Source of the DNA: Macrostomum lignano
Taxonomy: Eukaryota
DNA: 64,000 nt
Direction: 5' to 3'
Assembly: GCA_002269645.1 (NCBI GenBank)
Contig: NIVC01000598.1
Coordinates: 186,001-250,000 of the forward strand
Position numbers and translations under genes: made by a program
In this document: positions 20,491 through 31,641 of the stretch, piece after piece
Position numbering within the stretch: position 1 is the stretch's first letter
How the letters are laid out: every line of letters starts with the position of its first letter
The notes under the pieces: generated by a model
Databases searched by the model: none
What the model was told of the DNA's origin: nothing
The model's input: only the letters and a program-made list of their open reading frames with translations

Positions 20491-20662
20491 GGGCTTAGGC
20501 TCGCCAGCAGCCGCTCTCTGATTCGCCTGCAGGCCAGAAAAGCCTTTTCGCGCCTCCCCGTCCACCGTGGATTTGAGCTGCTTCTCAGAGAGGGCAATTC
20601 GTCTCCTCAGAAAGCAGCCTCTCAATTCTAGTCTCTCCTAGCCCTCTCCTAGAGGCAGCAGA

Positions 20663-20980
20663 ATGCCATCGAATGCATCTCAGGGCACCTCGGACGGGCT
20701 GTTTCTGGTGCTGGTGCTCTCGCTGCTGGCCGTGGCCGCCTGCCTGCTGGCCGCCCTGCTGACCGCCTGCTGTCTCTACCGCCGGTCCGCCGCCGCGGTG
20801 GCCGCCACCGGCCCGGGCTTCACGGCGGCTGTCGGCTTCGCATCGACACGGAGACACCGGAGACACCGTCTAGAGGGCGTCGGCGGCGGCGGGGGCGGCG
20901 GCGGCGACTCCATGCTGGCCGACCCGCTGGTGGTGGCGGGCAGCCACGTGCCGGTGATCTTCGATGACGAGCTCTGCTAG
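20663..20980 (+). CDS. Small orphan single-pass membrane protein (105 aa)
   Basis: GC-rich, coding-like island between two satellite arrays. It has a ~27-aa hydrophobic segment followed by CCLYRR (Cys pair plus positive-inside residues), a Gly run and a clean stop. No homolog recognised. Confidence 0.55.
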   Translation: MPSNASQGTSDGLFLVLVLSLLAVAACLLAALLTACCLYRRSAAAVAATGPGFTAAVGFASTRRHRRHRLEGVGGGGGGGGDSMLADPLVVAGSHVPVIFDDELC

Positions 20981-21164
20981 GAGGCGGTGGACGAGCCTGA
21001 TCGGTCAAACAGACATCTGGCCATGCCGTGCTGCCGGTGAACTGCAAAGTCCTCTGTGCCCCCGCCTGTCCCCCGTCTTCTCGCACGTCTGGCTTTACTT
21101 TTTCCTTGTTTGCTTTTTTTACCTGCTTGCTGCTCTGCTGTCTCCTTTATCTCTGATTTTTTCT

Positions 21165-21950
21165 CCTTATCTGCCCTTATCTGCCTTTATCTGCACTTAT
21201 CTCCCCTTATCTCCCCTTATCTCCCCTTACCTCCCCTTATCTCCCCTTATCTCCCCTTACCTCCCCTTATCTCCCCTTATCTCCCCTTATCTCCCCTTAT
21301 CTCCCCTTATCTCCCCTTACCTGGTTACCTCCCCTTATCTCCCCTTATCTCCCCTTACCTCCCCTTATCTCCCATTATCTCCCCTTACCTCCCCTTACCT
21401 CCCCTTATCTCCCCTTATCTCCCCTTACCTCTCCTTATCTCCCCTTATCTCCCCTTACCTGGTTACCTCCCCTTATCTCCCCTTATCTCCACTTATCTCC
21501 CCTTACCTCCCCTTATCTCCCCTTATCTCCCCTTACCTCTCCTTATCTCCCCTTATCTCCCCTTACCTGGTTACCTCCCCTTATCTCCCCTTATCTCCCC
21601 TTACCTCCCCTTATCTCCCATTATCTCCCCTTACCTCCCCTTACCTCCCCTTATCTCCCCTTATCTCCCCTTACCTCTCCTTATCTCCCCTTATCTCCCC
21701 TTACCTGGTTACCTCCCCTTATCTCCCCTTATCTCCCCTTATCTCCCCTTACCTCCCCTTATCTCCACTTATCTCCCCTTACCTCCCCTTTCTCCCTTTA
21801 TCGGAGTTATCTTCCCTTATCTCTTTTTATCTCTTCTTATCTCCCCTTATCTCCCCTTATCTCCACTTATCTCCCCTTACCTCCCCTTTCTCCCTTTATC
21901 GGAGTTATCTTCCCTTATCTCTTTTTATCTCTTCTTATCTCCCCTTCTTA
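21165..21950. repeat. 10-bp TCTCCCCTTA array with higher-order blocks punctuated by CTGGTTAC
   Basis: Direct inspection. Confidence 0.95.
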
Positions 21951-22789
21951 TATACCCTTATTCTTCCTTCTCAAATCCAGTGTACTGTATTTGCCTTCAT
22001 CTCACCCTCTGGCTCCATTATACATTTTTAGCCTCAAAGAGGAAGCCTCCTTCACAAAACTGCATCATTGCACAAGTACTACAAAACTGCTTGACCACAA
22101 ATCAATGAACTGTTAGCCAAGCCCTACAGCTGTCCTATCTAATCGCTGATTTTAGCTAAAATTTGTAAGTCCACATTCACAAGTAAAAAATGAAACATTT
22201 GAAGAGTTTTAGAAAGCAACATATTTATGAATTAATGCACACGGCTGCCTTCATTTAATCAGTTGGCCAGCCTCCTCCGCGACATTTCCCTTTAAGCCGC
22301 CAGAGCACGAGCGCCACAGGTGAAAATTGGCTAATTTTCCAAAGGGCCGCTGCCTGCCTGTTGCTTTTCCTGCAGCAGCAGCTTTCTCCGGCTGGGGAGG
22401 CGGCTGGCAGCGGCAGAATGCGCGGCGCTTTGAAAATAGAAAATAGAGAGAAGAGACGGACTGCAGCTTGCACAGGAGAAAGGCAGGCAGCCCCCAGCAA
22501 CAGGGCCTGCTCAGGCTCCGATCCAGCCGCCCGCCTCCCCAGACTCCTGCAGCAGTCAGCAGTAATTGAAAGGCCCTCCCGCGCGCCTTCCTACCTGCCC
22601 GCTCTGCTCATCCCCGACGGTTCCTGCAATCCGGCCCGGCCTGCTGTTGCAGCCGCCAGGCTAAAGAGAAAAATAACAAGACAGGGGATTCTGTTGCAGC
22701 CGCTTGCCCTGGCTTAAATAAGATATTTGTAATTGGCCAGCTGAGAGAGGCGTGCGGAGGATCAACTGAGAGCTTACTGAGTCCGAGTT

Positions 22790-23250
22790 GGATGACAATA
22801 TATTGAGAACGGATGAGAATAGATTGAGAATAGATGAGAATATATTGAGAATAGAGGAGAATATATTGAGAATAGATGAGAATAGATTGAGAATAGATGA
22901 GAATAGATTGAGAATCAGATTCAGAATGGATGAGAATAGATTAAGAATGGATGAGAGTAGGTTTGAGAACTGATGAGAATATTTTGACACTGGATGAGAA
23001 TAGATTGAGAAAGGATGAGAATAGATTGAGAATGGATGAGAATACATTGATAATGGGTGAGAATAGGTTTGAGAATAAATTAAGAATGGATGAGAATATG
23101 TTGAGAATGGATTAGAATAGATTAAGAATGGAGAGAATGAATGAGAATATGCTGAGAATAGATTGAGAATAGATAGAATATATTGAGAAGGGATGAGAAT
23201 AGATTTAGAATGGATGAGAATAGATTTACAATAGATGAGAATCGATTGAG
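22790..23250. repeat. Degenerate GAGAATAGATT/GAGAATGGAT repeat
   Basis: Direct inspection. Confidence 0.88.
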
Positions 23251-23719
23251 AACGGTAGCGAATGGACTGTACTATATTTAGCAGAGTACATACTATACTT
23301 AAATCAGAGGTCTCAGCGGCTAAAGAAACAAAATGCAGAACAGAAGGCATAGCAGAAATGCAAAGTATGCAGACGTGAGAGCACAGCAGAGGCGATTGCG
23401 AGGATGCAAAAGAAGAGAGCGAGCAGGAAACTTCAGAAGAGGCCGGCTGTGAGCCCCGCGTGCAAACTCAGCTGCCGGCAGAGGTGCCGGTGGCACCGCA
23501 GCTCCCGCCGAAGTCTTGCGTGCCGGATTAAATTGCGCTCCGATTCCCAGGGAAATCTGAGAAGGTTGAAAAGCGACTGCTCACTTGCTGAGGGGGGCAG
23601 CACTGCCCTTCTCATTCATCCCTGCTCTTTGCCGGCAAATTCACTGCGCCTTAGGCTGAAATTCATAAATTTTTCTGCATGACTCTAGATCCGAGCTCCT
23701 CAATATTGATGCATGCTCG

Positions 23720-24660
23720 ATCCCGATCCTTAGTCCCGATCCTTAGTCCCGATCCTTAGTCCCAATCCCTAGTCCCGATCCTTAGTCCCGATCCTTAGTC
23801 CCGATCCTTAGTCCCAATCCCTAGTCCAGATCCTTAGTCCCGATCCTTAGTCCCGATCCTTAGTCCCAATCCCTAGTCCCGATCCTTAGTCCCGATCCTT
23901 AGTCCCGATCCTTAGTCCCGATCCTTAGTCCCAATCCCTAGTCCAGATCCTTAGTCCAGATCCTTAGTCCCGATCCTTAGTCCCGATCCTTAGTCCCGAT
24001 CTTTAGTCCCAATCCCTAGTCCCGATCCTTAGTCCCGATCCTTAGTCCCGATCCTTAGTCCCAATCCCTAGTCCCGATCCTTAGTCCCGATCCTTAGTCC
24101 CGATCCTTAGTCCCGATCCTTAGTCCGATCCTTAGTCCCAATTCCTAGTCCAGATCCTTAGTCCAGATCCTTAGTCCCGATCCTTAGTCCCGATCCTTAG
24201 TCCAGATCCTTAGTCCCGACCCTTAGTCCTGATCTTTAGTCCTGATCCTTAGTCCAGATCCTTAGTCCAGATCCTTAGTCCCGACCCTTAGTCCTGATCC
24301 TTAGTCCAGATCCTTAGTCCATATCCTTAGTCCAGATCCTTAGTCCTGATCCTTATCCTTAGTCCAGATTCTTAGTCCCGACCCTTAGTCCTGACCCTTA
24401 GTCCAGATCCTTAGTCCCGATCCTTAGTCCAGATCCTTAGTCCCGACCCTTAGTCCCGAACCTTAGTTCCGATCCTTACTCGTAATCCCGATCCTTAGTC
24501 CTGATCCTTAGTCCTGATCCTTAGTCCCAATCCTTAGTCCCAATCCCTTGTCCCGATCCTTAGTCCCGATCCCTAGTCCCGATTTTTAGTCCCGATCCTT
24601 GATCTCGATTTTAAGTCCTGATCCTTAATCCCGATCATTAGTCCCAACCCTTGGTCCAAA
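23720..24660. repeat. 13-bp minisatellite TCCCGATCCTTAG, ~70 copies, decaying rightwards
   Basis: Direct inspection. Confidence 0.95.
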
Positions 24661-25164
24661 TGCTAAAACTTTATCCAGAAATCTATCTTAGAAAATCAGG
24701 AAATTCCACTCTTATAAATATAAATAGATTTGCCTTGTAGAGGCACAGAAATGGTCATAGCGGCACAAAATCGAATTCATGGTTCCGAAGAACGATGCGG
24801 GTAAAGATGCCTATTAATCACTTTGTTAATCACCAGTCTGCCGATCTAAACCAGCAATGGACTCAGATTAATACACAAGCGTATGTACCTCTAACATGAA
24901 TTCTTAAAAAATCCCAATAACTTTATGGATTAGACTTCACAAGACTGATTGCAAACGACTGGGAAACCGGGTCTGATTTTTTTACTTTGGAAATCGCACA
25001 AAAAACTTGACGCAGTTCAGTCCACTAATTAATAATTTTTTAACCTTGCCTTTCTAGCTCGTACTAACAGTAGACTAGTGGGGTCTTGATGCACGCAAGT
25101 TTCGCTGACTTGAACACTGAAGTATTCACGTGGGGCAGTATGAATTTCAGACAAGGTGGAGAGT

Positions 25165-25450
25165 GGAGACAGAGGATTCCAGGTGAGAAATCGGATTCCA
25201 GGTGAGACAGCGGATTCCAGGTGAGACAGTGGATTCCAGGTAAGACAGTGGATTCCAGGTGACACAGCGGATTCCAGGTGAGACAGCGGATTCCAGGTGA
25301 GACAGCGGATTCCAGGTAAGGCAGCGGATTCCATGTGAAACAGCAGATTACTGGTGAGACACAGCGGATTCCAGGTAAGGCAGAGGGTTCCAGGTAAGAC
25401 AGGTGAGTTCCAGGTAAGGCAGCAGATTCCAGATGAGGCAGCGGGTTCCA
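25165..25450. repeat. 19-bp degenerate minisatellite GGATTCCAGGTGAGACAGC
   Basis: Direct inspection. Confidence 0.88.
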
Positions 25451-26199
25451 GCATCCTATCACCCAATTTGTCACCCACTAAGAGTCGTGAAGATTGGCAA
25501 ATAAGGAATTTCCACTGCAGCTCTGTTGTCAGCCGGGTGATCAATGGCTGGCAAAGCTGTGTTTATCCTTGGCCCCGGAGATGACAGCCACCCAGCCTAC
25601 AGGATATCAATGATATGACGTCAGCATCCTTCTTTAAAAGCTGAACACGCGTCCTTGTCATCCCCACCCGACCCGGAGACTGCGAATCTTCAAGCAAGCT
25701 TCATCCCATCCCTGTCACAAATTGCTGCTTTCAGCCTCACAGAAGCAGCAATGGCTGCAGGGGAGCGGCTATCAGCATTGACTATAAATATTTACTCATT
25801 TGAAGCGAGGCCCCCCCCCAAGACTTTGGCACAAACAGACAGGTTGAAGAACCGCGGCAGTTATCGGCGAACACCGCCCGCGTCTTTGTTCTTCCAGACT
25901 TAGACTGGCTCCCCCCCTGCAGCAGCAGCAGGGAGCTCTCAGCAGGCCGATCACCTGAAAATTGGCTTCTTTCAGTAGTCCAAACATCTACCTGTCTGTC
26001 TTCTTTGATCTGTCTGCAGCACAGCCTGCCTGCTGTTGCTGAACTTGTTCACTTTGTCAGCTTGTTTCTAAATTAACCCAAATAACAATGGTGCCAATAT
26101 TTTAATCCCGAATCTGCTTCTCCTTCCCCTTCTGTGGATTCATAGTTGCCCCGAAAAGTATTAGCAAAGAGCCATTTCAATATCTCAGTGTATCTTCAT

Positions 26200-27240
26200 C
26201 CTCTCCCGCTCTTTCCTCTGCACTCTCCGTCTCCGTCTCCCTCTCTACTCTCTACTCTCTACTCTCTACTCTCTTAGCTGCAGGGCGGTCCGAAGACGCA
26301 GCCGGGAAGTAAGTGTCGCCCATTCCGCTACTCTCTCCTCTCCACTCTCACCTCTCCCTCTCCCTCTCCTCTCCACTCTCCACTTTGATTTTTTTACTTT
26401 GGAAATTGCAAAATCCCTCTCTACTCTGCACTCTCTCCTCTCCCTCTTCACTCTCCCTCTCCCTCTCTACTCTGCACTCTCTCCTTTCCTCTCCAGTCTC
26501 TCCTCTCCACTCTCTCCTCTCCACTCTCCCTCTCCCTCTCTACTCTGCACTCTCTCCTCTCCCTCTTCACTCTCCCTCTCCCTCTCTACTCTGCACTCTC
26601 TCCTCTCCCTCTTCACTCTCCCTCTCCCTCTCTACTCTGCACTCTCTCCTCTCCCTCTCCACTCTCCCTCTCCCTCTCTACTCTGCACTCTCTCCTCTCC
26701 CTCTTCACTCTCCCTCTCCCTCTCTACTCTGCACTCTCTCCTCTCCCTCTTCACTCTCCCTCTCCCTCTCTACTCTGCACTCTCTCCTCTCCCTCTTCAC
26801 TCTCCCTCTCCCTCTCTACTCTGCACTCTCTCCTCTCCCTCTTCACTCTCCCTCTCCCTCTCTACTCTGCACCCTCTCCTCTCCTCTCCAGTCTCTCCTC
26901 TCCACTCTCTCCTCTCCACTCTCCCTCTCCCTCTCTACTCTGCACTCTCTCCTCTCCCTCTCTACTCTGCACTCTCTCCTCTCCCTCTCTACTCTGCACT
27001 CTCTCCTCTCCCTCTTCACTCTCCCTCTCCCTCTCTACTCTGCACCCTCTCCTCTCCTCTCCAGTCTCTCCTCTCCACTCTCTATTCTCTACTCTCTCCT
27101 CTCCATCTCTCCCCTCCCTCTCGCCTCTCCCTCTCTTCTCTCTCTCTCATCTCCACTCCCCTTCCCCTCTATACTCTCCACTCTCACTCTCTCTCTCCCC
27201 ACTTTCTTCCTCTCCTTCATCTCCCTCTCCCCCATATAGA
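26200..27240. repeat. CT-rich higher-order repeat (CTCTCTACTCTGCACTCTCTCC...)
   Basis: Direct inspection. Confidence 0.9.
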
Positions 27241-27954
27241 GACGGTTCGAAACGCCATAATTTGGGGTACTCATGTCAGCTGTCAAGTCTCAAGTCACCC
27301 GCCTCGAGACCGGCACACTGACCGTCTTTGTTAATTTGTTCAAAAGCGGTTCATTTGCAGTCTACAGAATACATGGCCGAGAGATCCGAGGCTCAATAAA
27401 GTATCAAGTTGTGCACTCACTTGATACAAAGAAAAAAAACGATGTCAAGATAAAATCTAGAAATAAAAAGCTGCAGTTTCGATTCGGTTGCTAAGGCGGA
27501 GGATAACTCCAAGCGGGCTAAAGTTGAAACTCGAAGGAAGCTGAACCGACTGATGCCGCAGGTGCAGGGAAGGAGCCAGGCGGCTCCCTGTTCTCCCAGA
27601 GTCATAAACTTCAACACCAGAACGAAGGTCTCAGATTTGGGTCACTGATGCGTGACCCCCTGCCACAGAAGACTTTATGCAGTGATTTGCAAAGTCAGGC
27701 CTCAGCATCCAGCAATGATATCGGATTGCGGTGCCTTTCATTCCGTTCATTACAATGGCGCTGCTCTCTGCTTTATCAATCCGTGTCTGCGGCGCCAGAG
27801 ACCCGAGCTGCACCGGAACGGCTTGGTTGCTACGGGGTCACCAAATTTCTGATTGTTTGACTCGGTATTCGACTGGGTTGCAGAAGCTTGACTTGACTAT
27901 TTTGTAAAGCGTGAAGATTTTGGAGTTTTGATGGTTTTGGAGGTTAGGGATTGT

Positions 27955-28295
27955 AGAGATTGGGGATTGGGGAGATTGGGGATTGGGGAGATTGGGGATT
28001 GGGGAGATTGGGGATTGGGGAGATTGGGGATTGGGAGATTGGGGATTGGGGAGATTGGGGATTGGGGAGATTGGGGATTGGGGAGATTGGGGATTGGGGA
28101 GATTGGGGATTGGGGAGATTGGGGATTGTGAGGGATTGGGGATTGGGGAGATTTGGGATTGTGAGGGATTGGGGATTGGGGAGATTGGGGATTGGAAAGA
28201 TTGGGGATTGTGAGAGATTGGGGATTGTGGGGATTGGGGATTGGAGAGATTAGGGATTGGAAAGATCGGGGATTGGGGAGATTTGGGATTGTGGG
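27955..28295. repeat. G-run array (GGGGAGATTGGGGATT)n
   Basis: A GGGG run every 7-9 nt. Confidence 0.93.
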
Positions 28296-29249
28296 GATTA
28301 AGGATAAAGGATTAATGAAGTCGAATAAGGTGCGGCTCGTGAAGCCTTGTGATTGTGAAATCGGATTTTGTAAATTAAAGGAATTATTGAGTTTGACCAC
28401 TCTGACCTCTGTACACGCGGACCCAAATCCTGTATCACGTGACATCAAGCAGGATGCCAAGGCAGCCCCAGTTCGCCAGCTGACTGACTGCTTTGGCGGC
28501 GGGGCAGGAAATTCAATGAAAGACGCGGCATGACAATTGAGCCCCTGGAGGGCCCGAGGCTGCGATCAGCAACATTCCCCAGGCCCCGAGCCGCCCCAGC
28601 AGAACGGGCAGCTCTGTGGGAACTTGGGGGCAGCGGGGCTGCTAATGGACAAAAAGGTCGGCGCCAGGGGAGGCCCTGCAATGAAAAAAAAGCGAAGGAA
28701 GCAACTGGGAGAACAGGAACAACCTGACTTCGGTCGGGGGGAGGGGCAGGTAATGCACCCCCTGGGGGGTGGGCGACTGATAAGGAATCCGGATTTCTCT
28801 TGTTGGCCCTCACCGGCTGGGCGCTATCAAGGATGTTCCTCAGCGGAGCTGGCCTGCATCCCGCATGGAGGAATCCCTTCGGTCTCAAGCCGGTCATTGC
28901 AACAGCTGCGGCCACCCGGAAGGAACTTTTTGGAAAGCCCCGCGCGTTCATCGGAATGCATTCTCACGCCCCCCAACCTTTGTGCATTCCTCACTTCGAG
29001 CTGTCTGTCTGTGCATGCCTGCATTTTATAACCCCGCCCAATTCCACTGCTGGAGCCACCTGTCCTGACCTGCGCCGGGCCTCCGCTGTCTATGGAAAAA
29101 ATTAAACCGCTGGATCGGACAGGGACCGCTAATTCCATCTGCGCAGTGGATTGGACCGACCAGGGACCACTGCAGTCATGATGGAAGTGACGCCAGCCCC
29201 TAAAAAATGAAGCCCACCAAAGAATAGCATTCTAATGCGACATCTGTGC

Positions 29250-29962
29250 TTTAATATGCACAGCCGCCATCTCCTCAGGACCTCAGGGTCCTTTAATATG
29301 CACAGCCGCCATCTCCTCAGGACCTCAGGGTCCTTTAATATGCACAGCCGCCATCTCCTCAGGACCTCAGGGTCCTTTAATATGCACAGCCGCCATCTCC
29401 TCAGGACCTCAGGGTCCTTTAATATGCACAGCCGCCATCTCCTCAGGACCTCAGGGTCCTTTAATATGCACAGCCGCCATCTCCTCAGGACCTCAGGGTC
29501 CTTTAATATGCACAGCCGCCATCTCCTCAGGACCTCAGGGTCCTTTAATATGCACAGCCGCCATCTTCTCAGGACCTCAGGGTCCTTTAATATGCACAGC
29601 CGCCATCTTCTCAGGACCTCAGGGTCCTTTAATATGCACAGCCGCCATCTTCTCAGGACCTCAGGGTCCTTTAATATGCACAGCCGCCATCTCCTCAGGA
29701 CCTCAGGGTCCTTTAATATGCACAGCCGCCATCTCCTCAGGACCTCAGGGTCCTTTAATATGCACAGCCGCCATCTCCTCAGGACCTCAGGGTCCTTTAA
29801 TATGCACAGCCGCCATCTCCTCAGGACCTCAGGGTCCTTTAATATGCACAGCCGCCATCTCCTCAGGACCTCAGGGTCCTTTAATATGCACAGCCGCCAT
29901 CTCCTCAGGACCTCAGGGTCCTTTAATATGCACAGCCGCCATCTCCTCAGGACCTCAGGTTC
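29250..29962. repeat. 42-bp minisatellite, 17 near-identical copies
   Basis: 14-aa periodicity. Unit: CTTTAATATGCACAGCCGCCATCTCCTCAGGACCTCAGGGTC. Confidence 0.97.
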
Positions 29963-30744
29963 CTTCAATCTGTCCAACACGGATGCATACACTGCACTAT
30001 ACATTATTTATGTCCTTATTATTTTAGCGAAGTTCTAAATAAATCGCTGAAAGCCCCAGACAGGAAGTAAAGCAGCTTCCTCGCTTCATCCTCACCGGAG
30101 GGTCCCCCATGACTTCCGCTCCCCGTCCTGCCTGGCTAGGAGTTGTAAAAGGGAGCAATATTGGGGATTTAACTTCCGCTAACCGAAAGCCTGTCTTATG
30201 AGAAACTGACAGCTTCTCGAAAGAGCGCATCCGCACAGACCCACTGTCACCCACACCCTCTCTCCAAGTTGCCAGGGCCCTGACTTCCAGGAACAGGAAG
30301 TGCGGAAAATCGCTGGAGATTCGCACAGAATTGTTTTGTTTCTGTTTATTTTGAAGTTTCAACATTTTGGTTGCACAGTTCGAGTTTATGCATTGTTGCC
30401 AGGCAGGAGCCTGTTGTCTTCCAATTCCTTCATCTGATCTGTGTATCTTCCAATGCTCTGCTCCTCCCTCTCTCTCACGTCTAGTTCTCCCTTGTCTCAT
30501 TATAGATCTTCATTCCTGCCCTGATGTTCTCTTCTGTTGGAGCTAAAAAATTATATTCGATACATATCGGTGATGGATTTTTTGCTCCACTTGTACCCGG
30601 CTATGAGCTGAGAGCTCAGGACGTCTTGGCACAGTTATGACGACCTTATAGACAAGTTTTGCGTTAAGTGTTTTCATACCAATAGAAATCCAGTTAATTC
30701 ATTTTACTGCAATACTGCCCTCCTCATTGGACATTGCAGGTTGA

Positions 30745-30937
30745 TGACCTCTCCTCTCCTCTCTCCTTACCCTCTCTTCTTCTCTCTTTACCCTCTCTCC
30801 CTCTTTCCTTACTCTCTCTCCTTCTCTCCTTGCCCTCCCCCTCTCTCCTTACCCTCTCTCCCCTCATTGCCCTGTGTCTCTCTCCTTACCCTTTCTCCCT
30901 CTTTCCTTACCCCTTCTTTATCTCTCATTACCTTCAT

Positions 30938-30981
<44 letters not shown>

Positions 30982-31240
30982 CTTACCCCCTCTTCTTCTC
31001 TCATTACCCCCATCTCTCTTTCTCTCTCCTTACCCCCTCTTCTTCTCTTATTACCCCCCCCATCTCTCTTTCTCTCTCCTTACCCTCTCTTCTTCTGTCC
31101 TTTCCCTCTCTCCCTCTCTCCTTACCCTCTCTCCTCTCATTGCCCTGTCTCTCGCTCCTTACTCTCTCTCCATCTCTCCTTCTCTTTTCTCCCTCCCTCG
31201 GTATTGCTTTCACCATTGTATCTTCATCTCCAACTCCTCA
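30745..31240. repeat. CT-rich degenerate repeat upstream of FoxF
   Basis: Direct inspection. Confidence 0.82.
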
Positions 31241-31324
31241 ACTCCTCTAAAATTTCTACCGTTTCATTCTACAAACGACTCTATGGAACCGGCTATACCA
31301 AAAACTGGCCTATCGCGCAGGCGA

Positions 31325-31460
31325 TCGCTGATTGGTTGTCAGCCCCAGCCAATGGCGGCGCAGCCAGAGGGTTGGCATGCAAACGAAATAAACAGCCGCG
31401 CTCCGCACCGCCAGCACCGGCCGCGCTCCCCGCCTCTGCAACTCTTGTTTTGTGTTTACG
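31325..31460 (+). promoter_or_regulatory. Putative FoxF proximal promoter: two CCAAT boxes and two forkhead sites
   Basis: ATTGG 31331-31335, CCAAT 31349-31353, ATAAACA 31388-31394 and TGTTTAC 31453-31459, all 180-310 nt upstream of the FoxF ATG. Motif match only. Confidence 0.3.
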
Positions 31461-31641
31461 AAGTCCACCTGTAGCAAGCGATTTCGCATTGTAGCCAGTC
31501 TTGCTGTTAGCTGAAGCAGCAATTTAGTTTATCCTGACGCCAGGGCCGGGAGTTAAAGCGCTAATCTGCAGAAGCAATCCAAACAATTAAACACAGATAA
31601 GCAGGTTGGATAATAACAATATAACTTGTTTTATATAAGCG

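Noticed and set aside
22340-23700. Coding-like patches at 22360-22720 and 23360-23560
   Set aside because: No consistent splice-phase chain or recognisable domain.
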